Shown: positions 14,013-25,540 of the stretch, piece by piece | Layout: each line of letters opens with the position of its first letter | Numbering within the stretch: the stretch's first letter is position 1 | Source: the human T2T-CHM13v2.0 reference genome, Homo sapiens | DNA length: 64,000 nt | NCBI RefSeq assembly: GCF_009914755.1 | Contig: NC_060945.1 | Reading direction: 5' to 3' (one strand) | Notes under the pieces: generated by a model | What the model saw: only the letters and a program-made list of their open reading frames with translations | Database searches by the model: none | What the model was told of the DNA's origin: nothing | Made by a program: the position numbers and the translations under genes

Positions 14013-16574
14013 ATGTTTTCTTTCCATTTATGAATTTCCACTTTCAGGAAGAGTTTTTAAAAAGTCAACAAACTCTTCCTGTTGTTCATGTGCTGATTAT
14101 AGAGAATGTGTCTCTGTTCAAGGTTTAAATTTCCTTTTTGAGATTCTCAGTGTGACCTTCAATTATTTCTGTTGGGGCAATGACTAGAAATTCTTTAAAA
14201 TAAAATAGTAACTGGTTGGGCCATGTGGATGTACTGCTCTGTGGGACATGGAGTAACTTACAAGTTAAGGATATGAGTAACACAGAAGATAACTCTGTGT
14301 TGGTGGTGCTGAATTTTGTTAGAGAACAAACCTCACCGAGGCTGACTTCAGCTCTACTATAAACATGCAAAGCAAGAAAATTGCATGTGTTTTGGACATA
14401 CTTTGTAAGGCACCATAAGGTCTATTTCAAGAAACTAACATAACAACGGGTGATACTAAATGCTACTGAGGAACTTGCAATATTTTGCACATATGGACTG
14501 ACTATGTGGCAGCATATATAAATATTTCGTTTGCTAATTGCAGTTAGTTATCAGATTGCACATGAACAGACAGAATGACATATGAGAAGTTCCAAGAACA
14601 TTGTGTAACAGGACATACAACTGAAATATAGTTTTCTCACACTTGGTGAGATTTGAGCTCAGCAAACACAACTTATTCTGTATTCATTCATTAAGATTAA
14701 AATATTTAAAAAATCACCAAATTGAGAACATCGTTATGTTGTCATGTTCGAGGACCAATGCCAAAAAGAATGTGAGAAACTAGAGCTTAAGAGCCACCAG
14801 CTCACAAGTTGCTTGACATAATTTGGAATCAGTTGATAGTTCAATATCTGGTTTCCCCAAAAATTAAGTACCCAATACCTCTTTTTATCATTTTGGAGCT
14901 TAACTGATGAGCTAGTTAGAAAGGAGAGAAAGCAGAAAACAGAATAATTTTTAAAATCACAAAATCTCTAAAAACTGAAATTTCAAGTCAACTCTTTATA
15001 ATTTTCAAGGCAAAACTGACAGAATTAGAAATGTTTACCATTGGAAGAGAAGCAACCATAAAAAATAACTTAATGCGCTTCCTGTTTTATAGATTTATAC
15101 ATCCATCTCCCATAGATAAAGTGTCTCTCCAAGATCCCAAGTCTAGTTTGTCAAGGATAGGATTCGAATTCTTACCTCCTAGACTTGTGCTTTCTCCAGC
15201 TTTGCATGCTCTCTTGATTACTATTAAACCTTTTCGGTTTATCTCTAGAATATGACTTGGAAGCCAAGGTGGTTTTGTGAAATGGGTCTGAGTTTTTCCA
15301 TTGATGATATTTGAGTTCAAATCCTGGTTCAGTTTCATTGCCTTCATCTAGAAAAATGATAATTAGACCTTGTTTTCAAAAATAATTTTAACATTAGAAA
15401 CGAAGTACGTACAATGCCTCAAACCTAAGATGTTCTGAAAATGGTAGCTGTTATTATCATTGCATCTTTGAGGCCTGGGTACTTAGTATGGACTCAATAA
15501 ACAAATGACAGAATAAATGAAAAAAATAACAGATCACATAAGAATGAGTAAGTGAATGAATGACAATAGTAAGAATTGCCACTAAAAGATAAATGAAGAG
15601 GCCTGTGAATATTTTCTTTGGGTTCTCTCCATGTATTAGAAATGCTTTGTTTCCTTTTTGATTTCACTCATTCATCAAGTATGTTCTTTTAGCCTCTGTA
15701 GTGCTAGAAAACATGACCCAGAAAATTAGAAAATCAAAATGCACCGAATGGCTCAAAAATGTATATCAGCTCAGCACAGCCTAAATTGGAAAATCTAATT
15801 GAACACCTATCCAAACAGAGTTTTGTAAACCTTACCTGCACTAACTATTCAAACTCAAGCAGAAAACCTCTCCTAGGAATAGGCCAATTTAATTAATTTT
15901 ACTAAGTAGTAGAGGGCAACATGGCCTTGTGCCAGGGTATTCCTTTTTACTTTTTAAATGAGTGTACACAAACGTACCCCTGGTACCATTTCAACAACCT
16001 CCTTAATCAAACTGCCTGTAGAAACTGGGAGTCTCCAATGTTAACTTTGCTAAGGTGTCTTTAAGACCAGAGAACAAGGAAGAGTCGGCAGTAGTACCCT
16101 GGAAATGCTAAATGAAACACTCTTCCTTATGTTCTTCAGAAGCTAAACTTTTACTACATAAAGTTCGAGATGAGGCAGCAGAGTGATCATAAACAATAGC
16201 TTTGCTGAGCTCTTCAACCCACATAATTTTCTAGCAAATAAAAGATGTAGAAGACCTGTGTGAGAGGAATATTCTACTTTAAAACGATGTGGCCTGAAAA
16301 TTGAGGAATAAGTGAGATATCCTTTTTAATACTCCCTTAGTACTCCAGTCTTTTTAAAAAGCAAAGAAGTAACAAGGCAGGATGAAATACAAGAGAGCAA
16401 ACCTGCATGGAAATTTGTATAAGAGCTTTTAAGAATATTGATATTTTTCTGCTATAGAAGAAATACTTGCACATTAAAAACAATAGGAATGAGAAGAAAA
16501 AAATTTTAAAAAAGGGAAAATCCTAAAACTTTATTTCATAAATACAAAGCCGATCTTGGTGGTTTTTTTGTCAG

Positions 16575-18245
16575 CTTTGAAAAAAAATCAACTTAATTGA
16601 GGCATAATTTTCATATAATAAAATGCACCACTTTTAAGTGTATATAGTTCAATGGTTTTTGATAAATGTGTACAGCAAGTAACCACCACCAAAGCAAAAA
16701 GTTCCTTCATTTTCCTAGGAACTCAACTTTACACCCTTATCCTTGGCCCTTGGCAGTCACCAATATGCTTTCTTTCTCTCTCTCTCTCTTTTTTTTTTTT
16801 TGAGATGGAGTCTCGCTCTGTCGCCTGGGTTGGAGTGCAGTGGTACCATCTCGGCTCACTACAACCTCCTCCTCCTGGGTTCTAGCGATTCTCTGGCCTT
16901 AGCCTCCTGGGTAGCTGTGACTAAAGGCACCCGCCACTATGACTGTCTAATTTTTGTATTTTTAGTGGAGAAATTGTTTTGCCATGTTGGCCAGGCTTGT
17001 CTTGAACTCCTGACTTCAAGTGATCCACCTGCCTCAGCCTCCCAAAGTGCTGGAATTACAGGCATGAGCCACCGTGCCTGGCCCAATATACTTTCTATCT
17101 TTATAAATTGTTTTCCCTTTTGTAGAGTTGCATATAAATGAAATCATACAGTACCTATTCCTTTAGGTCTGCTTCTTTTTCTCAGCATGTTTTTGATGTT
17201 CACTTATGTTGTAGTATATATTACAGATTTGTGGTTTTTTTGTTTCCAAGAAGTATTTCATTGTATGGATAGACCACAATTTATTTCTATATTTATCTCT
17301 TGATAGACTGTTGGTTTCTAGTTTTTTCCTATTATGACCACAATTCCTATGAATATTCATGCATAAGTCTTCATGTGAATATATGTTTTCATTTCTCTTG
17401 GGTAAATACCTAAGAGTAGAATTGCTGAGTTGTATAAGTGAATGTTTAAGCTCATAAAAAGAACCTGCCAAATTTTTTCCCAAGTGGTTGCAAAATTTTA
17501 CTTTTCCCAATAGTAGCAAGAATATTTTCAGTTGCTTTGTATCTTCAACGACACTCTGCACCACCTATTATTTCAATTATTTGCCTTTTCCTGATGACTA
17601 ATGATGTTAAGCAACTTTTTATGTTATTGTTCATTTGTACATTTTCTTTTGTGAGCCTTCTGTTCAAATCTTCTGGCTGTGTTAAAAGTTGTTTGCCTTA
17701 TTGAGTTGTAGGAGTTCTTAATGTATTCTGGTTATAAATTATTTGTCAGAAATAAGTATTGTCAATATTTTCTCCCAATCTGTGGCTTGCCTTTTAATTT
17801 CTAAATGGTGTCTTGCAAAGACTGTAAGTTTTTAATTTAAATGAAATCTAATTCATCATTTTTTCTTTTAAGACTCATTTTTTGTCCTAAAAATTTTTGC
17901 CTATCCAATCATATAAATGTTTTGCTCCGTATTTCTTCTAAAAGTTGTAGCAAAAACTCCAAGCAATACTTTAACTGTATGCATTAAATTTTAATATGTT
18001 TCATTGTCATTTATATTCAATTTATTCTTTGTAGTTAACTTGTTATTTCTCCTTTGATTCATGGCTTACCTGGTGGTGTGTTTTTAGGGCTCCAAAAGTT
18101 TAGGAATGTTTAAAATATCTTTTCATCTAGATTTCTAGATTGATTTTGTTGTAGTTAGAAATCATACTCCATATGGTTTCAATGATTTGAAATATTAAGG
18201 CTTTTTATGGCTCTGTATATTATCTATCTTGGTGAATGTTATCTT
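16575..18245 (-). mobile_element. Old mammalian L1 (L1MB/MC/ME-like) fragments
   Basis: Antisense L1M 3' motifs (aaatgcacc..ttttaagtgta; tttcatttctcttgggtaaatacctaagagtagaattgctg; ctgatgactaatgatgtt). Confidence 0.85.
16774..17083 (-). mobile_element. AluS (Sz/Sx-like) with a (CT)n/T tail, inserted in L1M
   Basis: Dimeric Alu. TSD caatatgctttct / caatatactttct. Confidence 0.95.
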
Positions 18246-18334
18246 AGAAGAAAGAGACTAGAAAAAAAAAAGAAATCTCAATCTTTCTTCAACTTTCCAG
18301 TAGATAAACTTGTTTCAATATGAAATATCAATTA

Positions 18335-18525
18335 TAGATTGAGTATCCTTTATCTACCATGCTTAGGACCAGAAATGTTTTGGATTTAGGATATTTTTAG
18401 ATTAAGAGATATTTGCATATGCATAGTGAGGTATCTTGGAGATGAGACCTAAGTCTAAACACAAAATTCATTTATGTTCCATATACACCTTACACATATA
18501 GTCTGATTAGGGATGCCTAACCCTG
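18335..18525 (+). mobile_element. Internally deleted Tigger4 (MER46/Zombi)-type MITE
   Basis: ta|tagattgagtatcctttatc...gaccagaaatgttttggatt...tagggatgcctaaccctg|ta, with TIR-like ends and a TA TSD. Confidence 0.75.
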
Positions 18526-19324
18526 TATAAAATGACACAGCATGAAATTAAAATTTTGCTAAATTCATATGTATTAATAATTCTAAGAATATGAAATTAA
18601 CTTGCAAATAGCATAATATATAGTAAATATTTGAAGATTTGTCTCAGAATAATAAATCAACAAAATGGACTTTGCCAAGTCTAATCTCACATTAAAATGT
18701 GAGTATTTTTGGAGAATACATAGCTTTATTCTCACATCTTTTAGTAGTATTACTTTGCCAAATAACCTGTCTTTCACAAAACTCTTTTAAAAAGAAGTAT
18801 TCTGAACATTTGGCAGAAGTTTTAAACAATATGAGCCCAAAAGAAAGCTTATCTGACCAGAGTAGTTGGGAGCTGGTCAAATATGTTTATTTCATATAAT
18901 CTTTAATAAAATTCTTTCCATGTCAAGAAAAAATTTCAGGAAAATCAGCTATTATATAACTGAAAAGTTTTATCTCACCAAAATAGTTGAAAAGTAGCAA
19001 CAATTTGAGGTTAAGAGAGCATTCTACTAAATTCCCAAAGCTTCAGTGATGAAATAAGATTATAAAAAATAATGAGTGGTAGAAAGAAGGATGAATTTTC
19101 TACAGCAGATTTTACGGTCTTGTGGGAAATGAGACCATGTCTTCTCCATTACTTGCTAGCCAAGTATACACTCCCAGGTAGCAGGATTTCAGTGAACTCT
19201 GGCGGGCTATTAGACAATAAAATGAAACTATGTGCTAGCCAAAAATCACAAGTGACCACAATGGGAAGAGGTTGAATGAGGCAGCACAGCAGGGAACGGT
19301 TTGGATGCCATGTTGGGAGAAGAA

Positions 19325-19889
19325 TGTTAGAAGCAAATTTTTCAGTGCCGCAAAAATGAAAGAATAGCACTCAAGTATAAATTTTCTCAGCAAGGCAATT
19401 TTACTTCTATAGAAGGGTGCATCTTGCAGGTGGAGCAATGGCAAGAGCACACCTGAACAAGGGAGGGAAAAAAAAGGGGTTTTTATTCCTGATGCAGGTA
19501 GCCCCTACTGCTGCATCATTCCTCTATTGGCTACGGTTGGACCACACAGTCTAAGCTAATTCCAGTTGGCTGCTTTAAAGAGAGCAGAGGTATGAGTTGG
19601 AGTGGTGGGGTGAGTAGTTTGGCAGGAAGAACGGTTACAGAACAGGTGACTCAGGATGAGTCAGGATGGAGCAGGTGACAGGGGTGACTCAGGTCAAAGC
19701 AGGTGACCAGGGGAACAGATGTGAACTACCGATTAGAACTGGTGGGAAAGTTGTTTACAGAAACTAGAGGCAAGGGGGCAAAGAGAATCAGGAAGTTAAA
19801 CTTTAAAATGGAGAACAGATAATAAGAGAGCTGAGCATACTGACATACTGATTCTCTGAAGAGAAACTTGGAGTTCACTATATTTAACA
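19325..19889 (-). mobile_element. ERV1 solo LTR, LTR9-like (HUERS-P3 family)
   Basis: TG...CA ends and a perfect 4-bp TSD agaa. Minus strand starts tgttaaatatagtgaactccaagtttctcttcagagaatcagtatgtcagtatg. Confidence 0.85.
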
Positions 19890-20514
19890 AGAACAACCTT
19901 TGTCTGGGCCTGACAGCTACTGTACATAATTTACTTTTTCAGTAAATGTATCTGGGATTCTTCTCCAAACTATTCGTAGATTTTCCACCATTTGAATATT
20001 CCTTTTGAGTCCTCTATTGATGCCATGAAATTATATCTGTTAGGAGTCCACAATATTAAAAATCTTGAGTGGAAAGAGGGAAATAAAAAAGGATCTTTGC
20101 TTTCTTTTAAATTCAAATTAGCTTCCTCAAGCCACAGCTGGAATAGATTATTCTTGACCTTTCTTTAAGTCATAATTTATTTCTTTACAAGTCCCCACCA
20201 TCAAAGTTTTCAGGACAGTAAGAAAAATGTCTGCTTCACAGAGTGGAGGACATGATTTGCAACAAACCATAATGATGATTTGCAACAAATTTGGGATTCT
20301 TTCCTCGTAGTTTTTCAAAATCATCAGGCTGATCACAATCATATTCAGCTAGTAAATTTGCTTTGGTTTCATCCTCTTTTACCCTTTCTTCTCCTGATTA
20401 TCTATAAATTCTGACTTTTTCTGTGACCAACCTGATTATTACATAAAGTAATGCCTGTAAGCTAATAGTTCACATGTTTTCAATGCTACCTGTTTTTTAG
20501 AAACTATATGCTGT

Positions 20515-20978
20515 TGTGAAAGGAAAATATCTTGGGCCCCCAAAATCACTAAGGAAAACTCAAACTGGAAACTGCTTAGGGCAAACCTGCCTCTCATTCT
20601 ATTCAGAATTATCTGTCTGCTCACTGACATGGATGCCTATCTGATTGCCTCCTTTGTAAAGGCTAATCAGAAAGTCAAAAGAATGCAACCTATTCTTTTG
20701 TGTCTCTCATCTGTGACCTGGAAGCTCCCTCCCCACTTCCAGTCTTCCTGCCTTTGCTTCAAGTTGTCCCACCTTTCGAGGCCGAACCAATGTACTTCTT
20801 ACATATATTGATTGATGTCTCTTGTCTCCCTAAAATGTACAAAACCAGGCTGTGCTCCGACCACCTTGGGCACATGTTGTCAGGATTTCCCAAGGCTGTG
20901 TCATAGGCACGTCATCAACCTTGGCAAAATAAACTTTCTAAATTAACTGTGACCTGTCTCAGATTTTCTGGGTTCACA
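20515..20978 (+). mobile_element. ERV1 solo LTR, MER4A-like
   Basis: tgtgaaaggaaaatatcttgggcccccaaaatcactaag...aataaactttctaaattaac...gggttcaca. TSD ctgt/ccgt. Confidence 0.9.
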
Positions 20979-21649
20979 CCGTTATTTATGCTCACAACAC
21001 ATCAGCAACCCCATGTAGCTGATGAGAAAACTAAGTCTAACCGATATCAAATTACACGTGCATACAAAAATAGTAATTGAAAAAATCATGTCTTGGGTTC
21101 AGGGCTCTTTGATTCCAGTCTGCTAAAAACAGATGTGACTAATTCAGACTTTCATTCACTCATTTGTTTATTCATTCATTCACATTAAGCACCCATTATA
21201 TAGTAGGAAATATTCAAGATATTCAAGAAATGTAAAGGCATAAAAATGAATTAAAAAACACATTCTTACATCAAAGAGTTCACAATCTTTAAATAATTAA
21301 GTGAGAAAAAAGTTTTCAGCCTTGTGCATGTGATGAAATCACCTCCTTTTATTGTTTAATATGCCTGCTTAGATTTGACTAATGTATTTTTTAAAAAAAC
21401 ATTGTGCTGTGTTTTAGGTTAACTTTGCACCTGAAAAGAGAACAGTTACCTCTTAAAATTAGAGAACTATTGTATCTAATTGTGTAGGTAGTTACTATGG
21501 GAATGATTTTATGTAAATTTTATTTTATTATATCAGATTAAGCTAGTGATTAGGTAGGTGGTTTGCAGAGATACTAAGAGCCATTTCTCTAAAAGCTAGA
21601 AAAAGGAAAGCTGGGAAGTCAAGTAAGTAATAGTGGTTACAGTGTTTAT

Positions 21650-21974
21650 TTTTAAATTTTTCTTTCTTTATTCATTTTTAAAATTTTTTTTTAGAAGCAG
21701 CATTTTGCTGTGTGCCCAGGCTGGGGTGCAGTCCTTTAATCATAATTCATGCAGCCTCAACTTCCTGGGCTCAAGCGATCCTCCCACCTCAGCCTCTTGA
21801 GTAGCTGGGACTACAGGCATATGGTGACATGGCTGGCTAGTTTTTTGATTTTCTTGTAGAGACAGGATCTGACTACATTGCTCTGGCTGGTCTTGAACTC
21901 CTGACCACAAGCCATCCTCCCACCTCGGCCTCCCAAAATGCTGAGATAACAGGCCTGAGGCATCATGCCTGGCT
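21650..21974 (-). mobile_element. AluJ
   Basis: Diverged dimeric Alu (cctgggctcaagcgatcctcccacctcagcc). TSD-like acagtgttt/acagggttt. Confidence 0.9.
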
Positions 21975-22411
21975 ACAGGGTTTTTTAACCCTCCCCAATC
22001 TAATGGCTTGGAGTTGAAGTGTTATGAATTGTTATGTGTAAGTGTGGATAATGCAACACAAGAATCCAGGTAAGAGACAGAAACAAAAACAGATACAAGA
22101 TTAAAGAATACTCAGTGTCCTTTGTACAGAAGGATTGTGTCCTTCCAGCCAGTCTTCCTGTCAGTAAGATGTTGAAAACTCAGAATGCCCATCAAAATAC
22201 TACATCTGGGTTTAGATCTCAGGCAAATCAAAGTGGAGCAAACTCCTTCGTACTTTGCAAATAACTTATCACAAGAACTTGAGTTCTGGATCCTAAAAAC
22301 TGGGAAGACTAATAGAAGAAAAAGTAAAGGAAGTAAAGAAAGAGGGTTTCTTTTACCTCTTTTGAATGCAGAGATGATCTTAGGCAACATTTGAAACAGA
22401 GTATGCTTTTG

Positions 22412-23110
22412 TGTTTTTTAACAGTTTTATTGAGACATAATCTACCTACCATATAATTCACCCATTTAAAGTGTATCATTCAGTAGCTTTTAGGATATTC
22501 ACAGCATTGTGCAAACAACACAACAATCAATTTTAGAACTTTTTAAGAAAAGCACCACAGAAAGAAACCCTGTATTCCTTAGCCAATACCCTCCAATCCC
22601 TGCTTGCTTACTCTAGTACTAGCCAACCACTAACCTACTTTCCATCTCTCTAGATTTGCCTGTTCTAGACATGTTATATAAATGGTATCAAAAATATGTG
22701 GTCCTTTGTAACTGCCTTCTTTCACTTAGCATGAGGTTTTCCAGGTCAGTACATGCTACAAAAAAACAAAACAAAACAAAACAAAAAACTCTTTATTTCT
22801 TTTTATGGCCAACTAATATAAAAAGAAACTTCATTTCTTTTTGTGGCTAAATAATATTTCATTGTTATGTATACAACATGTTTTATTTATACATCCATCA
22901 CTGAGGCACATTTTTGGGGGGTTGTTTCCACTTTTTGGCTATTTTAAATAAAGCTGCTACAAATATTTAACTCTAAGTTTTTACATGGACATATATTTTC
23001 AGTTCTCCTCAGTACATGGCTAGGAGTGGAATTGCTGGGTCATATGGTAATTCTTTGTTAATTTTTTAAGAAACTGCCACTTTTTTCCAAAGTGTTCGGA
23101 CAATTTAGCA
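22412..23110 (-). mobile_element. L1MB-like 3' fragment
   Basis: acagttttattgagacataat...cacccatttaaagtgta...ctaggagtggaattgctgggtcatatggtaattct. Confidence 0.85.
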
Positions 23111-23978
23111 TTTAGCAAAGTGCTTCACAAGCATTATCTCCAATGTGTTTTTTAAATTACTTCTTGGGAAAAATAAGTATGGAAGGCAGAATAGCGCATA
23201 CAGTTTAACTTCTGCTTTCTATGTCCTGACACTATCTTTGGAGAAAGGTGACACTATCTTTAGAGAAGAGGTCGGATTTAGAAGATATGCTTTCAAGTCT
23301 CAGTTCCATATCCAGTAAGCTGGATGACTTAATAGATACTTAACTTTTCCTTGACTCAGTGTATGCATCTGTGAAATTGGAATATTGAAGTACTCCACCT
23401 GTTTTACATGATTGTTTTAATGGTGAAAAATAACAGATTTGAAAAGATTAATATGCTGTGGAATTGTAGGGCTGCAAAATTATTATTATTATATCTATTA
23501 TCTATTTAAAGAATCGTGCAAATTTTTTTACTTATACTTAAATTTCCTTGCACTTATTCCCTGTTTTTTAAAAGATACCTGTTATTTTTTCTCTTAATTT
23601 TTTATGGGTTTTGCTCATCACTTTCTAAAGAACCCCAAGTAAGGGGTTTGTGATTAATTACACACGATGATGGAATAAAGTATTTAGGGATGAGAGCACC
23701 TTAATTTAATAACTGACCTTGATTTACAGACAAAATGTAATGCATTTTAAGGTAGAAGTCTGACTTAGCACAATGCCTGCCCTTCAAATTTGATGTCTCC
23801 TAGTATGTGCATTAATAATATGAAAGCTGTCAGTCAGACGGTTCTGATTGAAAATATCCTCCCAGTTGATTCACTGTCAACATTTCAGTCCCCTGAATAA
23901 ACTCTCTTTTATACACAAAATCTAGAACAGGTTGCTTTCTGTATTTTTTCAAAAGGTTTTTTTTTTCTTTTTTTTTTT

Positions 23979-24237
23979 CGAGTTTAAACTTTTAATGGAT
24001 TGAGCAGCCCTCGCCTAACAATCCCAGTGTGCCCTTTGGGGAAAGATTTCCATTTGCCTACTCTTTATAGCAATGCTCCTGAGCCCTCTGTGGCTTGTTT
24101 CCCTTGGAGACCATATTCCACGGTTGAGAGACCCTGTGATAGAATAATCTGATGACTGTGGCGTGGCCGAGGTCTGATGTGTAGAAGTCATTGTACCAGT
24201 TGACGGTTCGGTTGCTCTTTTACATTTTCTGGAGGAA
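23979..24237 (-). other. Candidate terminal exon of an unidentified minus-strand transcript
   Basis: AG-free polypyrimidine tract and acceptor (gctttctgcctccatgtttttctttccaacctag|). CpG-retaining unique sequence. ATTAAA at 23996-23991, followed 13 nt later by an A-rich run. Confidence 0.4.
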
Positions 24238-25009
24238 CTAGGTTGGAAAGAAAAACATGGAGGCAGAAAGCATGAATGATTTTTGTAGGTTTGGTCTTCT
24301 TAAAGCTGGCTTTGTATCTGTTGGAGATGACAGACGGGAGAGGGCTGATCCAGGAAGAACTGTTATTTCTGTAATTAAAAAGAAGCAGAATCAGAAGAGA
24401 AGAGCCATTGTTCAGGCTGGGTTGGAATTACAGTACATGCTTAATTACCAGCCTTTTTTCCTAGTTATTTTAATGTTTTATTAATCCTGTTCCTCAAAAT
24501 ATCTTCTTTCATTTACAACCACTGACAGAAAAAAAAATGTGACAATTTGTTTTCCTTTGTGCTTGGTAGATGGCATTCTCTAACACTATGGGTCAACATG
24601 ACCTTAACTTGAGTTTTATTATGTGATACCTACAATGGTGTCTTATCCGTGCCTCCTACTCTTTTGTGTTTATATAATTTTTTTAAATTACTGTGGATCA
24701 GTGGACCTTAACCCTTAGAAGTCAAAAATCAAATTTTGAGTGGTTAGCAGTTATTTGCTTACATTTCTTCTGAACTGAAATTACAAAAAAAAATCACTTT
24801 TTTGGGGGGAGAGAGGGATAAAAAGTGAAGGAATTAATTGGTAACTAGTGGTGTTCATATGAATTCACTTACCATCTCAACTTCAAATAACTAAAACCTT
24901 GTTAAGGAAATAAATTGGATGTATTAAGGTGAGGCTAAAGTATTGGAGGATATTTACAAAGAAGACTAATCTACTTTGGAGATATTTTTAATATAGATGA
25001 GTTTTACTT

Positions 25010-25540
25010 CAGTGGTTCTCAAAATGGAGTCCCCATACTGGCAACAGCAACCGAACCTGGGAACTTGTTGGGCATGTAAATTCTCTGGTTCCACCCACAA
25101 CTACTGAAGCAGAGTTTGTGGAAATGGGATCCAGTAATCTTTTGTGTTAACATCCTTTTCAGGGGATTTTGATGTTTAGGAGTTACTCCTCAGCTCATTG
25201 ATTCTCAAACTGGCTTTACAGAAGAATCACGTGGAGAACTTTCCAATACATCAATGCTCAGGTTTTGCCCAAGACCACTTACATGAGAATCTTCTGGGAG
25301 TTGAAACCGGGCATATTTTTTACAGACTCCCCAATTGATCCTAAAGAGCAGCCAGGCCAGGGTACAGAAGAATATATCTCAACCCTAGTTGCACTTTACA
25401 ATTTCCTAGGGAGATTTCAAAATGTCCTGATCTCAAGGTATCCCTCTATACATAATTAAACAGGATCTCTGGGGATGAGACTGCTATCTATCAGAAGTTC
25501 CTGTAAAATTATCCTACACAGTCAGGGTTGAGAGCCAATA
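25010..25540. mobile_element. Three adjacent MER5-family MITEs (~25010-25175, ~25196-25360, ~25370-25535)
   Basis: Recurring cagtggttctcaaa / ttctcaaactgg / atctcaaccctagttgcac starts and cagccagg / cagtcagggttgagagcca ends. Confidence 0.7.

Noticed and set aside
23957-24300. Processed pseudogene (ATTAAA plus an A-tail on the minus strand)
   Set aside because: I found no TSD or recognisable parent gene, and the upstream boundary is an intron-like splice acceptor.
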